Origin: a virus
Virus record (IMG/VR): IMGVR_UViG_3300027806_000003
Coordinates: 1-64,000 of that record
Direction: 5' to 3' (one strand)
DNA: 64,000 bases
The position numbers were made by a program, and so were the translations under genes. Shown here piece by piece: positions 27,079 to 36,532 of this stretch (position 1 is the stretch's first letter; each line of letters starts with the position of its first letter). The notes under the pieces were generated by a model. It was not told the origin of the DNA. It saw only the letters and a program-made list of their open reading frames with translations, and searched no databases.

Positions 27079-27734
27079 CGCTCACCCCCTTCTTCCTGCC
27101 CGCCATCAGCGCGGGAGTCATCGACCACGCGAGCAGTCCCCACCACCGGCCGCGGCGCACGCTCGCACTCGCACACATACGGCTCGCCGCAGGCACACCC
27201 CGGCCAGCTCCGCGCCGCCACCGCGGCCTCAACCGGCACCTCGCGCCCGCCGCACGGACAGCACCCGCGCGAGCCCGCCAAGCCCGCACCCCGGCCCGCA
27301 CCACAACCCACACCACCGCCCGCACCCCGGCGCGCCCGCTTGGCCCGCACATACGGCCGCAGCCTTCGCATCTCCACGATTCGCCGCGAGCGCCGCACAT
27401 CAGCCGCCACATCGCGCCCAACGGCCACGAGCAGCCCGACCGCCACCCCCAGCAGCGTCACCAGCAGCCCGATCTGCACCAATCCCGTGGAATACTCAAC
27501 AACCCACCACGCCGCCGCATGGCCGAGCATCCACCCCAGCCACGCCCCGAGCACCACCAGCACCACCGCCAGCACACCCACCAGCCCCCGAGGCACCCCG
27601 CGAACAACCGCCAGCGCCGCCCGCGCCACCGCCAGCGCCAGCGCCGCCCGCGACACAACCCACCCCGCCGCCGCGGCCACACTCCTGCCCAGCCACCAAG
27701 CCCGCCCCCAACCATCAGCCCCGGCAAAACGCAT
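27075..27734 (-). CDS. Possible membrane protein (low complexity)
   Basis: Two hydrophobic stretches and a Cys cluster; extreme G skew makes the ORF uncertain. Confidence 0.35.
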   Translation of the reverse strand: MRFAGADGWGRAWWLGRSVAAAAGWVVSRAALALAVARAALAVVRGVPRGLVGVLAVVLVVLGAWLGWMLGHAAAWWVVEYSTGLVQIGLLVTLLGVAVGLLVAVGRDVAADVRRSRRIVEMRRLRPYVRAKRARRGAGGGVGCGAGRGAGLAGSRGCCPCGGREVPVEAAVAARSWPGCACGEPYVCECERAPRPVVGTARVVDDSRADGGQEEGGER

Positions 27735-28264
27735 ATGACCGCCCGAGCCTCATCGGCTCGGAGCGGTGTGCAGCCGCTCCCTTGGTGTTGGTGCGACGAT
27801 GATATGCCCGCACCCCCGCCAATGCAACAATCCACACCCCCATTCCACCAGGCCGCGATCGGGATGCACGGGTTCGAACGGGTTCCAGCCTAGAGCGAGC
27901 GCCAAGAGCAAATATCACCCAAGCATTTCGATATTGCCACAAAGGCCAACCATGGCCCGCGCACCGGTTCACGCTCGGCCATCCCCCCGCACCCCACGCC
28001 CGGATGCTCGGCCAATCCGTTTCACGCCACCCCCAACCCGTTCACCCCATCAAACCCCACCACCAACCCCATCCAATCCACCCCAACCCCACCTCCACTC
28101 CACCCCAAGCGGCCTAAATCAACCCCACCGCCCCCATCCATCCCAAAAACGGGACGCCTTCGGTACTGCGGGCCACGTAAGGGCTCCGGTAGTACCGACG
28201 TGGGGGGGGCCTCAGAGCACCTCAGAACGCCGATTTCTCTGCCTCATGGGGTGCGGGGCGACGA

Positions 28265-31102
28265 TCAGAACACCGGCACGCCGTCGCCCTGCTGTTCAGG
28301 CTGAGCGCCGTAGCCAATGGTGAACTCCGCGGGCCTGCGTGCCAGACCAAGATATGCCGGCACTCGCTCGCTATTGATCGTGTTGCGCTGCACCCGCCGG
28401 ACCGACGGCGCTGCGACCAGCAGTTTGCGGCCGAAGATGTTGCGAGCCAGCATCTTCTTCTCATCGATTTTTGTGTGATTGCACCAGCGCATGTACTCGG
28501 TGTACACCTCGTCCGTGGCAACCCACGAATCAGGCTCACGCACAAACCCAAAGCGGCTGTCTTCGAGGAAGTCCAGCACGTGCGACTGCTGCCGCCGAAG
28601 ATCGTCGGCCATCTCCTGGCCGTGCTCGCTCATGGCCCACGGGCTCCCCGACGTACGCAGTCTCCGAAGGTGATACAGCGCATAGAGCGCAATGCCCGTG
28701 CCCTCGCCGCGGATGCCCGCCTTGATCGACGGGTCGGCCTTGCCCACAAACGACTGCGAGAAGGGGATCACAACCTGCCGCCTGGCCAGTGCGCCCGAGT
28801 TGTCGGGCAGCGTGGCCGGCTCGTTGTAACTGATCAGAATCTGAGCCGCAATCCGCACCTGCTGCGCCTCTGAGTAGAGCCTTCGCACCGTCAGCATGTC
28901 GCCGCCGCTCAGCTTCTTGAGCCCCTCCATCGCCGCCGCGGCGTCCACCTTGCCCAGGCTCGCGTCGTGCAGGATCACCGCACGCTTGCCCACCATCTTG
29001 GTCAGGCCGCGATCGTCGGCGAAGTCGCCAAGGCTCGCGGCGCACACAGCCTCCTCGCCGATCATCGAAGTCACCGCCTCAAACGCCGACGACTTGCCGC
29101 TGCCCGGCGGCCCGATCAGCAGGAAGATCCGCTCGTGGCTCACATCGGCCGTCAGGCAGAGTGCGAACATGCCGCCTAGACAGTTGCCCCAGTTGGCGTC
29201 CTCGGCGGGCGCGACACTGTTGAGCCACCTGGAGAAGCACGGAGCCAGCCGCTCAACCTCCGCCATCCACACGGCCGGGCGCTCGGCCTCGGGCGCGGCC
29301 TCGATGCGGTCGACGGCCTCAGCCGGAAACGCGTATGGCAGCACCTGCTCGCTGAACCACCGAGGCGTATGCGGCCGCATGATCAGTTCCCCACGTGCCC
29401 ACGCTTCCACGTCCACCAGCGCATCGGCGAACGCGATCACCGAGTCCGCACGCCACATACCCTGATCTTCGGCCGTCCCCCGTGCGCCCAAGTCACCCCA
29501 CACCGGCTGCCCCGCCGCGTCAAAGGTTGTCGGTGCCCAGCACGGCACCGACACATCGGGTTCGACGCGCACGATGCACTCGCTCGCCAGCGCCTGCACA
29601 ACCTCCGTCGTGGTTTTCGGCCCGGGGTTCATCGGCGCGGGCCCGTACGTGTCGCCCTGCTTTTTCATGACCTGGTAGCGCTGCAGGAGCTGCTGCGTCT
29701 CCGTGGTCAAGTCCTCATCGGTCTTTCGCACGTACGCGTAGCCGCCGCCGCGCCGCTTCTCCCACGAGTACCACTGCCCGCCGAACCGCACGCGGTGCCA
29801 CCTCTGCCCCTCGCGCTCGCCGGTTGGGTGGTACATCGGCCAGTCCATCAGCAGCCGCCGCGCCCTCGGCAGAGCCCCATCGGGCATCACGTCGGCAATA
29901 TCCGCCCCGCCCGCAGCGCCCGCGCCGATGGTGTAGAGCGTCCGCTCGGCGCTGGCCGGCTCGCTGCGCTGCTCGGCCGCCGCACGCTCGAGGTACGTCA
30001 TCGAACCCTTGCCCAGAATCGCCTCGCGCACCACCTCGGCGCCCGCACGCACGTACACATCGAGCCAGTCCAGGCCCTTGATCGTGCAGCCGCCCTCACC
30101 AAAGACCTCTGGCACGTGGTCCGAGCCCGGCATGGCCAGCGTCACCGTCAGCCACGGACAGTCGGCTCGCAAACGCTTGGCCAGGTCGGCGCTGGCGTCG
30201 GGCCCAGCGGCGTTGCCCTGCTCGTTGCGCTTGTCCCGGTCAACCGCGATCACCACGCGGCTCAGCGGCCCCGGCCTGCCGAAGAGCTCGCCGGGGAGCT
30301 GGAGCTGGCGCACGCCGTTGGCGCTGATCGCGGCCCACACACCAACGCCCGAGCCATGGCCAACGCGGCACGCCGCGGCGATCGCCAGCGCGGTCTCCAC
30401 GCCCTCGGCGATCACCAGCGTGCCGCCCTCGGCGGGCTTGAAGAGCCGGCAGGCCGCACCGGCCATAACGCCCATGCTGCGCTTGGCGGCGGCCCCTCCA
30501 AGGTCGGCCTTGCCGCCATCGGGGCCAAGGAAGATCCGCTGCAGGCCCACCACGCTCCGCGGGTCGGCCCGCACGCACGCGCACAAGATCGCGGGCCCTT
30601 CGTGCTCTTTGTTCACCTCACCGAGATACGCCTTCGTCTTGGCCACCAGCCGCAGCGACTGGGGCGTCTCGCCCAGGTCGACCAGCGCGATACCCCGCCG
30701 CGCGATGTACTGGCGTATGTCGGCGTGCTTCGGCGTGCCCTGACCCCAGAGCCTCTTAGCCGTGTCGATCTTCCGCTGCTCGGCCAGTTCCTCTTCGGCC
30801 TTGATTCTCGCCAGTTCGATCGGCCCGAGCGTGCGAACGCTCGCCGATGCGCCATCATCGGGCACAAAGATGTAGTCGCCCTCCCCGTACGGCTGACCAC
30901 CGGGGTTGATCATGCGGTACCCGGTGATGTTCATGCCCCCGCTGGAGGCGGCGGTGCCGCCCTCGCCGGTGACAAAGCAGTGCACGGTTCCGTCGGGCCA
31001 CGTGCCCTTCTTGCCGGGGGTTGGTCCATCGGTCCGGCAGCAGCGTGAGGAACCGCCGCAGATCGGGCAGGGCCGCTTTTTCCCAAACTCTTTCCAAGCC
31101 AT
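28265..31102 (-). CDS. Primase-helicase (Zn finger + TOPRIM + D5/P4-alpha SF3 helicase)
   Basis: CPICGG..CC; IAEGVETALA, IAVDRD, DWLD; Walker A GPPGSGKS; LKKLSGGD..RRLY; N.P..DNSGALARR. Confidence 0.9.
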   Translation of the reverse strand: MAWKEFGKKRPCPICGGSSRCCRTDGPTPGKKGTWPDGTVHCFVTGEGGTAASSGGMNITGYRMINPGGQPYGEGDYIFVPDDGASASVRTLGPIELARIKAEEELAEQRKIDTAKRLWGQGTPKHADIRQYIARRGIALVDLGETPQSLRLVAKTKAYLGEVNKEHEGPAILCACVRADPRSVVGLQRIFLGPDGGKADLGGAAAKRSMGVMAGAACRLFKPAEGGTLVIAEGVETALAIAAACRVGHGSGVGVWAAISANGVRQLQLPGELFGRPGPLSRVVIAVDRDKRNEQGNAAGPDASADLAKRLRADCPWLTVTLAMPGSDHVPEVFGEGGCTIKGLDWLDVYVRAGAEVVREAILGKGSMTYLERAAAEQRSEPASAERTLYTIGAGAAGGADIADVMPDGALPRARRLLMDWPMYHPTGEREGQRWHRVRFGGQWYSWEKRRGGGYAYVRKTDEDLTTETQQLLQRYQVMKKQGDTYGPAPMNPGPKTTTEVVQALASECIVRVEPDVSVPCWAPTTFDAAGQPVWGDLGARGTAEDQGMWRADSVIAFADALVDVEAWARGELIMRPHTPRWFSEQVLPYAFPAEAVDRIEAAPEAERPAVWMAEVERLAPCFSRWLNSVAPAEDANWGNCLGGMFALCLTADVSHERIFLLIGPPGSGKSSAFEAVTSMIGEEAVCAASLGDFADDRGLTKMVGKRAVILHDASLGKVDAAAAMEGLKKLSGGDMLTVRRLYSEAQQVRIAAQILISYNEPATLPDNSGALARRQVVIPFSQSFVGKADPSIKAGIRGEGTGIALYALYHLRRLRTSGSPWAMSEHGQEMADDLRRQQSHVLDFLEDSRFGFVREPDSWVATDEVYTEYMRWCNHTKIDEKKMLARNIFGRKLLVAAPSVRRVQRNTINSERVPAYLGLARRPAEFTIGYGAQPEQQGDGVPVF

Positions 31103-31127
31103 CCATGACCTCCGAGCAGACGTAGAA

Positions 31128-31306
31128 GCGCACCACCGGCCGCAGGTGGTGCGCCTTCAAGTTTCACAGATCAAACCCGCAACACGACCCCGCTGTTAAC
31201 CGGCAGGTTATAGGTTCGAGTCCTATTCGGGGAGTTCAAAAGAGCCTTGTTTTCCCGCACGAAACGCGCACCACCGCGCACCACGCAAAAACCACCGCGC
31301 ACCACC
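31128..31306. other. attP-like site: tRNA-Asn core flanked by GCGCACCAC(C/G) arm-like repeats
   Basis: Repeats at 31128-37, 31145-54 (inverted), 31266-75, 31276-85, 31297-306; adjacent to integrase. Confidence 0.75.
31192..31234 (+). tRNA. tRNA-Asn(GTT) 3' half only (att core, not a functional tRNA)
   Basis: CTGTTAA loop, CCGGC, T-arm ATAGG-TTCGAGT-CCTAT, TCGGGGA-G; no D-arm or 5' acceptor upstream. Confidence 0.88.
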
Positions 31307-31350
31307 TTCCCGACCCGCACAGGCCCCTCGGCCCCGTGTACGCTGGCCCC

Positions 31351-32715
31351 ATGCCCCGCCCTCTGCCCATGATGCGAAAGCACGCCCGCGGCATGTGGAC
31401 CGTGCGGATCGACGGCATCGACCACTACCTCGGCCTGGACCGCACCGCTGCCGAGGCCCAATACGCCCAGCTCATCGCCGAAGTCGCCGCCGCCCGCGCC
31501 GACGAGGCCGAGGCGATCGCCGCGGCCCACGCCGCCGCCCCTGCCGGCAGCACGCGCCGCGAGCCGACGATCGCCCAGGTCATCACCGCGTACATCACGC
31601 AGCGCACCGCCGAGCGTGGCCGCGGCACGGCCCGCTACGACCGCACCAGCCTGCGCCGCCTGGCCAGCACTTTTCCCAAGCTTCCGCTCAGCCGTCTCTC
31701 GGCCCCGCTGGTGGCCGCCATGGCCGCCGACGCCCAGCAGTCGGGCCTTGCCCCCCGCACGGTCTCGCACGAACTGACGGCCATCAAGGGCCTCATGCGC
31801 TGGGCCGCGCTGAACTACCCGCACATCCGCCTGGCCTGGAACCGTGACGCCCTGCCCCGCGTCCGCGTGCCGCGCAGCCCCCGGCGCTACCAGCCCGTGG
31901 CGTACATCGCAAAGTACATCCTCGCGCACGAGGCCTACGACCCCCGCATCGCCCCGTGGCTTCGGCTGCAGTTCCTGGCCGCCCTCCGCCCGATCGAAAC
32001 AACCCGCATCATCCACGGCCAGTACGAGTTTCACCGCCCCGAGCTCGGCGAGTATGTCCTGGCCATCGACAACAAAACCACCGGCGTCTCCGCCGAGCCG
32101 CTGCGGTTTGTCGTGCTCAGCGTCGAGGCCGCCGCCGCCCTCGCGGCCGCCACGGCCGAGCCTCCGCCCTGGAGCTGCCCTCAGCCGGGCGAGCCGGCCT
32201 CCAACGCCTCGGGTGCCGATCAGGTCTTCCGCCGCGCCTGGCGTGGCCAGCACACCAAGAGCACCACGCTCATCGAGGCCCTGAGCGTCCGCCGCCCGCG
32301 TCAGTCTGGCGTCGGCCCGCCGCCGGGCTTCCCGCGTCACTTCCTGCGTCACTCGGCGTATCAGGCTCTTCTCGACGCCCTGCCCGAGCAGCAGAGCACG
32401 GCCAAGATGCTCGCCGGCCACGTCCAGCCCGGGGCCTGGAGCGCCTACGCCGATGCTCCGTGGCACCGCTGGCGCGATCAGATCAGCAGTGCCTTGACGC
32501 TCACCGCGCACGAGTCAGCCCTCCTTGCCGATCCGGCCTTCGCCGCCGTGCTCGAGAAGATCCGCGCCGAGAGTCCCGTGCGTGCCAAGCTGGCCCTGGG
32601 CCTGCCCGCCAGCCACCGCGGCATGCTCAAGGGCCGCAGGCTCGGCCCCCGTCAGCGTGCCCTTGAGTCCCCGTCCGGCGACACCGGCTCGGCGACGGTC
32701 GACGGCGGCCGCTGA
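31351..32715 (+). CDS. int: Tyrosine integrase
   Basis: N-terminal W.VRIDG..HYLG arm-binding style; LAALRPIE (R), DNKTT (K), HFLRH, LAGH, SAY (Y). Confidence 0.88.
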   Translation: MPRPLPMMRKHARGMWTVRIDGIDHYLGLDRTAAEAQYAQLIAEVAAARADEAEAIAAAHAAAPAGSTRREPTIAQVITAYITQRTAERGRGTARYDRTSLRRLASTFPKLPLSRLSAPLVAAMAADAQQSGLAPRTVSHELTAIKGLMRWAALNYPHIRLAWNRDALPRVRVPRSPRRYQPVAYIAKYILAHEAYDPRIAPWLRLQFLAALRPIETTRIIHGQYEFHRPELGEYVLAIDNKTTGVSAEPLRFVVLSVEAAAALAAATAEPPPWSCPQPGEPASNASGADQVFRRAWRGQHTKSTTLIEALSVRRPRQSGVGPPPGFPRHFLRHSAYQALLDALPEQQSTAKMLAGHVQPGAWSAYADAPWHRWRDQISSALTLTAHESALLADPAFAAVLEKIRAESPVRAKLALGLPASHRGMLKGRRLGPRQRALESPSGDTGSATVDGGR

Positions 32716-32898
32716 TCGTTCCCGCTCGAGCCTGGCCCGTGCGGCGATGGACAACACACGGGGTGCGGGGCTCATGTACTTCTCGAGCCCAAGCCGCCGG
32801 GCCAGGAGCCGCGTCTGCGTGACCGGCCCGCACGTCACGGCCAGTTCCGCGGGCCGCATGCGGCCGACCAGATCCAAGCACTTTTCGGTGTGATTCAC
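32515..32898 (-). CDS. Possible small basic protein converging on int
   Basis: GTGA-coupled to upstream gene but overlaps int 3' end by ~200 bp. Confidence 0.3.
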   Translation of the reverse strand: MNHTEKCLDLVGRMRPAELAVTCGPVTQTRLLARRLGLEKYMSPAPRVLSIAARARLERERSAAAVDRRRAGVAGRGLKGTLTGAEPAALEHAAVAGGQAQGQLGTHGTLGADLLEHGGEGRIGKEG

Positions 32899-33305
32899 GC
32901 CGCACCTCCCGCCATCATCTCGCGCACCTGTCCCTCAACCTTGCCAACGATCTCCAGCGCCTGCCGCCGCGCTTGCCGGTTGCGATCGCTGCCCCTGGCC
33001 TCATCGGCTCCCGCCTCTTGCCTGGCCAGTTCGATCATCTCCGGCATTCTGATGACCGAGCTATGCCCGGTCCCGTGCGGCCGCACCCGATCGGCAACCT
33101 CCGGCCACGAGAGCCGCGACAACGTGCGCAGCAGGTACGCCATCGCCCACCGCGCTGCCAGCACCTGCGGCATGCGGCCGATGCCGCGAATCTCGCCGAT
33201 CGGCACACCGCTGGCGAACACCACCATCAGCACAACGGCATCCGGCTCGGCACGCCAAAGCCCCCTGGGCACCAGATGCGAACTCAGCGACTGGGCAACG
33301 CTCAC
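32895..33305 (-). CDS. DnaA C-terminal (domain IV)-like HTH protein
   Basis: GVPIGEIRG..R...VLAARWAMAYLLR.L..LSWPEVA....HSSVI; GTGA-coupled. Confidence 0.75.
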   Translation of the reverse strand: MSVAQSLSSHLVPRGLWRAEPDAVVLMVVFASGVPIGEIRGIGRMPQVLAARWAMAYLLRTLSRLSWPEVADRVRPHGTGHSSVIRMPEMIELARQEAGADEARGSDRNRQARRQALEIVGKVEGQVREMMAGGAA

Positions 33306-35092
33306 GCCACACCTCCCACCCGCCCCGCATCGACTCCCGCCGCCACGCGCGCCCCTACGCGCGGCAGGTTCGCCCGCACCAGCGCCGCCGCCTGCACGGG
33401 CGACACGGCGTTGCCGATCAGCCGCACGGCCTCTCGCTGCGTGGCCGGCCAGATGTACGTTTCGGGGAACCCCATCGCCGCCGCCAGCTCGCGCGGCTTG
33501 AGCATGCGAAACAGGATGTCGACCATCGGCCGCCGCACAACCAGCCCCGGCTGATTCGCATCGTGCAGGCTCACGTACACCAGCCCATCGGCATCGGCCA
33601 CCGCCACGCCCAGCCGCACCAGGAGCCCGGCCACGGCCAGCGCCCGCCGCCGCATCTCCGGGCTCATCGTCAACGTCTGCTCGCCAACCGCCGCCGCGAC
33701 GATGCCATGGCGATCGTGCGTCGTCACGGTCCCCAGCGGCTCGAGCACATCGCGCCCGCCGCTCTCGGCCCCGTAGAACGCCAGCGCCACCGGGCACACC
33801 AGCCCACTCTGTCCTCCGGTGGTAACGGTCGGCAGCGGCTGCTCCATCGTGCCGCCGGTGTGCCCCGTGGTGTTGTGCATGATCACCGGCATCGCCACCG
33901 CGCGATGGTCTCGCGTCAGCACAGTGCCCATTGGCTCCGACGCCGGAACCGCTCGACACGTCGGCCCTCCGGCAGAGAGCACCATCGGGCACACCAGCCC
34001 CTGGTGCATCCCGCCCGCGGCGATCGTCGCCATGGGCTCTTGCACATCGCGGCCCTGCCCGTTGCGCCGCAGCACGCCGAGCACCGGCGTGACCACGGCC
34101 AAGTCCTGCCGCGTGGTCTGGGTGGGCATCGGCCGCAGCACATCGGCCACATGCCACCCCCCGCCGGTCTGCGTCACGCGGAGGCAGAACGGCCGCGGCG
34201 AGTTGATGACGTACCGCCTGATCCCTTCGCCGATCCGCGCGAGCGTCTTGTCCGCGAGCGGCCTTTCCCGCTCGAAGATGCTCCGCCCGAGGTCGGTCCA
34301 GTCGATGACATCCGCCGCGCAGCGGGCATCGGCGGCCTTGCCCCGCGCAGCGGATGCTTCCGGCCACGCCGGAGCGTGGCCATCTCTGCGTGCGATCACG
34401 TACAACCGCTTCCTTCGGCACGCAGCACCGAAGTCCGCGGCATCCATCACCCGCCACTCAACCTTGTACCCCAGCCTCCGCAGCATCGCCGCCCACCGCC
34501 TGAACGTCTGGCCCTTTCGCCCGGGCACGGGCTCGAGCACCGTGCGTCCCTGCGCATCGCGCACCGCGCGGCCGTGTTCATCGGTGCGCGCCCGCGTCGG
34601 TCCCCACTCAAGGAACTCCGGCACGTTCTCGACCATGATGATCCGCGGCCTGTGCCGCTCATCGAGCTCGCGTGCCCACTTGATCACCACCCACGCCAGG
34701 CTCCGCACGCGGCCCGATACCGGCGCGGCCCCTCGCGCCCGCGAGAAGTGCCGGCAGTCGGGAGAAGCCCAGAGCACGCCGACCGGCCGCGGCTTTCCGT
34801 CAGCCCCGCGGATGACGCTGCCCGGTGCCTCGGCCCAGACATCACCGAGCCGGTGGTTCGTGCGCGGGTGGTTGCGTGCGTGCGTCAGCACGGCCACTTC
34901 GGAGTGGTTCACGCACTCGTGCACCAGCAGCCCGGCATCTTCCATGCCCTGCGTCGCCCCACCGCCGCCGGCAAAGAGATCAACGTTGATCTCCCCGGGC
35001 AGGGGTCCGCCGCAGACCGACTCGGCCAGGCTCAACCTCGCCGCCGATTCAAAGTCCAGCATGTCCATCATGTCCGCAGGGCTGACCGTCAC
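33302..35092 (-). CDS. DNA cytosine-C5 methyltransferase
   Basis: VDLFAGGGG, SPDCRHFS, ENVPEF, RKRLYVIARRD, IGNAVSP; repeated P..T.TT in the variable region. Confidence 0.92.
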   Translation of the reverse strand: MTVSPADMMDMLDFESAARLSLAESVCGGPLPGEINVDLFAGGGGATQGMEDAGLLVHECVNHSEVAVLTHARNHPRTNHRLGDVWAEAPGSVIRGADGKPRPVGVLWASPDCRHFSRARGAAPVSGRVRSLAWVVIKWARELDERHRPRIIMVENVPEFLEWGPTRARTDEHGRAVRDAQGRTVLEPVPGRKGQTFRRWAAMLRRLGYKVEWRVMDAADFGAACRRKRLYVIARRDGHAPAWPEASAARGKAADARCAADVIDWTDLGRSIFERERPLADKTLARIGEGIRRYVINSPRPFCLRVTQTGGGWHVADVLRPMPTQTTRQDLAVVTPVLGVLRRNGQGRDVQEPMATIAAGGMHQGLVCPMVLSAGGPTCRAVPASEPMGTVLTRDHRAVAMPVIMHNTTGHTGGTMEQPLPTVTTGGQSGLVCPVALAFYGAESGGRDVLEPLGTVTTHDRHGIVAAAVGEQTLTMSPEMRRRALAVAGLLVRLGVAVADADGLVYVSLHDANQPGLVVRRPMVDILFRMLKPRELAAAMGFPETYIWPATQREAVRLIGNAVSPVQAAALVRANLPRVGARVAAGVDAGRVGGVA

Positions 35093-35238
35093 GATTGCTT
35101 CTCCCGCTGTCCACCCCGGTCGCACCCAACCCCCATCCGCCCGCACACACCGTCAACCACCGCTTCAACCATCAGGTACACCACCACCGCCGCCGCGGCA
35201 CACACCACCGCCGCCGCGGCGATCAACACCGCGCTCAC
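35089..35238 (-). CDS. Small single-TM protein
   Basis: GTGA-coupled on both sides; VLIAAAAVVCAAAAVVVYLMV. Confidence 0.45.
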   Translation of the reverse strand: MSAVLIAAAAVVCAAAAVVVYLMVEAVVDGVCGRMGVGCDRGGQREKQS

Positions 35239-35774
35239 GCAGCACCGCCTTCGATCGGGTTTCCGTTGACGTAGTGCCACAGCCGATCGAACGCCTCTTC
35301 GCACGGGTCAAAACCGCGATAGGCACGGATCACACCGCGCAGCGCCTCAACAATCAACTCGGCCTCGGCCGGCCCATTGGCCGCGGCGATCGACCACACA
35401 CCCTCTGCGGTCTTGATGCGCACCACATAGTCACCGGTGGCATCATCGCGATGATCAGTGACAACGATGTTCTGCGTGTGCCGGTGTGAGCCGCTGTTCA
35501 GCCGCTTATGGATGCCCGTCGCGGCCTCGGCCAGCCGGTCCCTCACCGCCGCGAGCGCCGCTTCCCGCGATGAATACACCTGCCGCATGGCAAAGTTCCC
35601 GCCGATGCCCGGGAAGTGAATGAAGACCGCGCTCTGCGAGGCGCTGAGCGTCCAGACCGGGTGCTCCGAAGCATCCATGTCCTTGTCCGAATGCAGCACA
35701 AAGACCGGCCCTTCATGCTCACAGATCTTCTTCCCACACGCCATCGTCGCTTCGCTGATCTTGCCCATCGTCAT
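35235..35774 (-). CDS. Hypothetical protein
   Basis: AGGGAG RBS; 179 aa. Confidence 0.6.
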   Translation of the reverse strand: MTMGKISEATMACGKKICEHEGPVFVLHSDKDMDASEHPVWTLSASQSAVFIHFPGIGGNFAMRQVYSSREAALAAVRDRLAEAATGIHKRLNSGSHRHTQNIVVTDHRDDATGDYVVRIKTAEGVWSIAAANGPAEAELIVEALRGVIRAYRGFDPCEEAFDRLWHYVNGNPIEGGAA

Positions 35775-35827
35775 GCTCCCTTGACTTTGCTGCTTTGCCC
35801 TTTGCTGCTTTGCCCTTTTCTCAGCGT

Positions 35828-36418
35828 CTACTTCCCCCTGCGCTGCCCCGTGCTCTCCGGCTCGCTCCCGCTCCGCACCCCCGCCCGCTGCTCGATGTGC
35901 CACCGGCGCACGCGCGTCGCCGCCGCGGCCGCGCTCACCAGCGCATCGGCCAGCTCCATCGCCGAGCCGCTGGCCATATCCGGCAGCGTCACGTACGCGC
36001 GCCCGTCGCCGCCGCTCTCGCTCAGGCTCACGCGCACCATCCCGGGCGCGACGATCCGCACCGTGTGCCCGCTCAAGCTCGCGTAGACCACGCGGTCGAG
36101 CGTGCTCAGTTCCATCTTCGCGGCCTGGTCACCATTGACCGCGCGGCCGAGCAGCTCGCTCAGCGATCGCGCCGCATCGGCCAGCACGCGGCCGATCCCC
36201 TCGGCCTGGCCGATCGCGGCCCTGGTCCCGCCCGGCAGTTCCGCGGGCTCAACGTCCAGGCTCGCCCGCTGCACGCTCCCGCGCTCATCGGCCATGTTCG
36301 CCTCCTCGGTGATCGTCACGGTCAAGCCTTCCCGGCCGGGCTCCCGGCCAACATCCACGCGCAGCAGCCCCACCGCCCACGGGCACACGCCCCGGGCCAC
36401 CACGACAGGCACACGCAT
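35828..36418 (-). CDS. Hypothetical protein
   Basis: GAAAGGA RBS; alternative start at 36295 (GGAGG). Confidence 0.55.
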   Translation of the reverse strand: MRVPVVVARGVCPWAVGLLRVDVGREPGREGLTVTITEEANMADERGSVQRASLDVEPAELPGGTRAAIGQAEGIGRVLADAARSLSELLGRAVNGDQAAKMELSTLDRVVYASLSGHTVRIVAPGMVRVSLSESGGDGRAYVTLPDMASGSAMELADALVSAAAAATRVRRWHIEQRAGVRSGSEPESTGQRRGK

Positions 36419-36532
36419 TGCATTTCCTTTCGTGCCTCCGGCGGCTCTTGAACTCACGCCGCCCGCACACACCTTGCAAATCCCGCCGCCGGGTGTCCCC
36501 GGCGGCAGGCATCCGTGGAGAGAGAGAATGCC

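Noticed and set aside
31192-31234. Functional tRNA-Asn gene, or a junction between two tandem prophages
   Set aside because: 5' half is missing; both flanks share arm repeats and repeat families and supply complementary modules of one genome; the left end of the window is a different tRNA
32895-34457. 520-aa ORF as one gene (similarly 4655-5674, 49498-50763, 41640-43211)
   Set aside because: Upstream parts overlap real genes in another frame; only the 3' portions with coupled starts look coding, and 41640-43211 has no support
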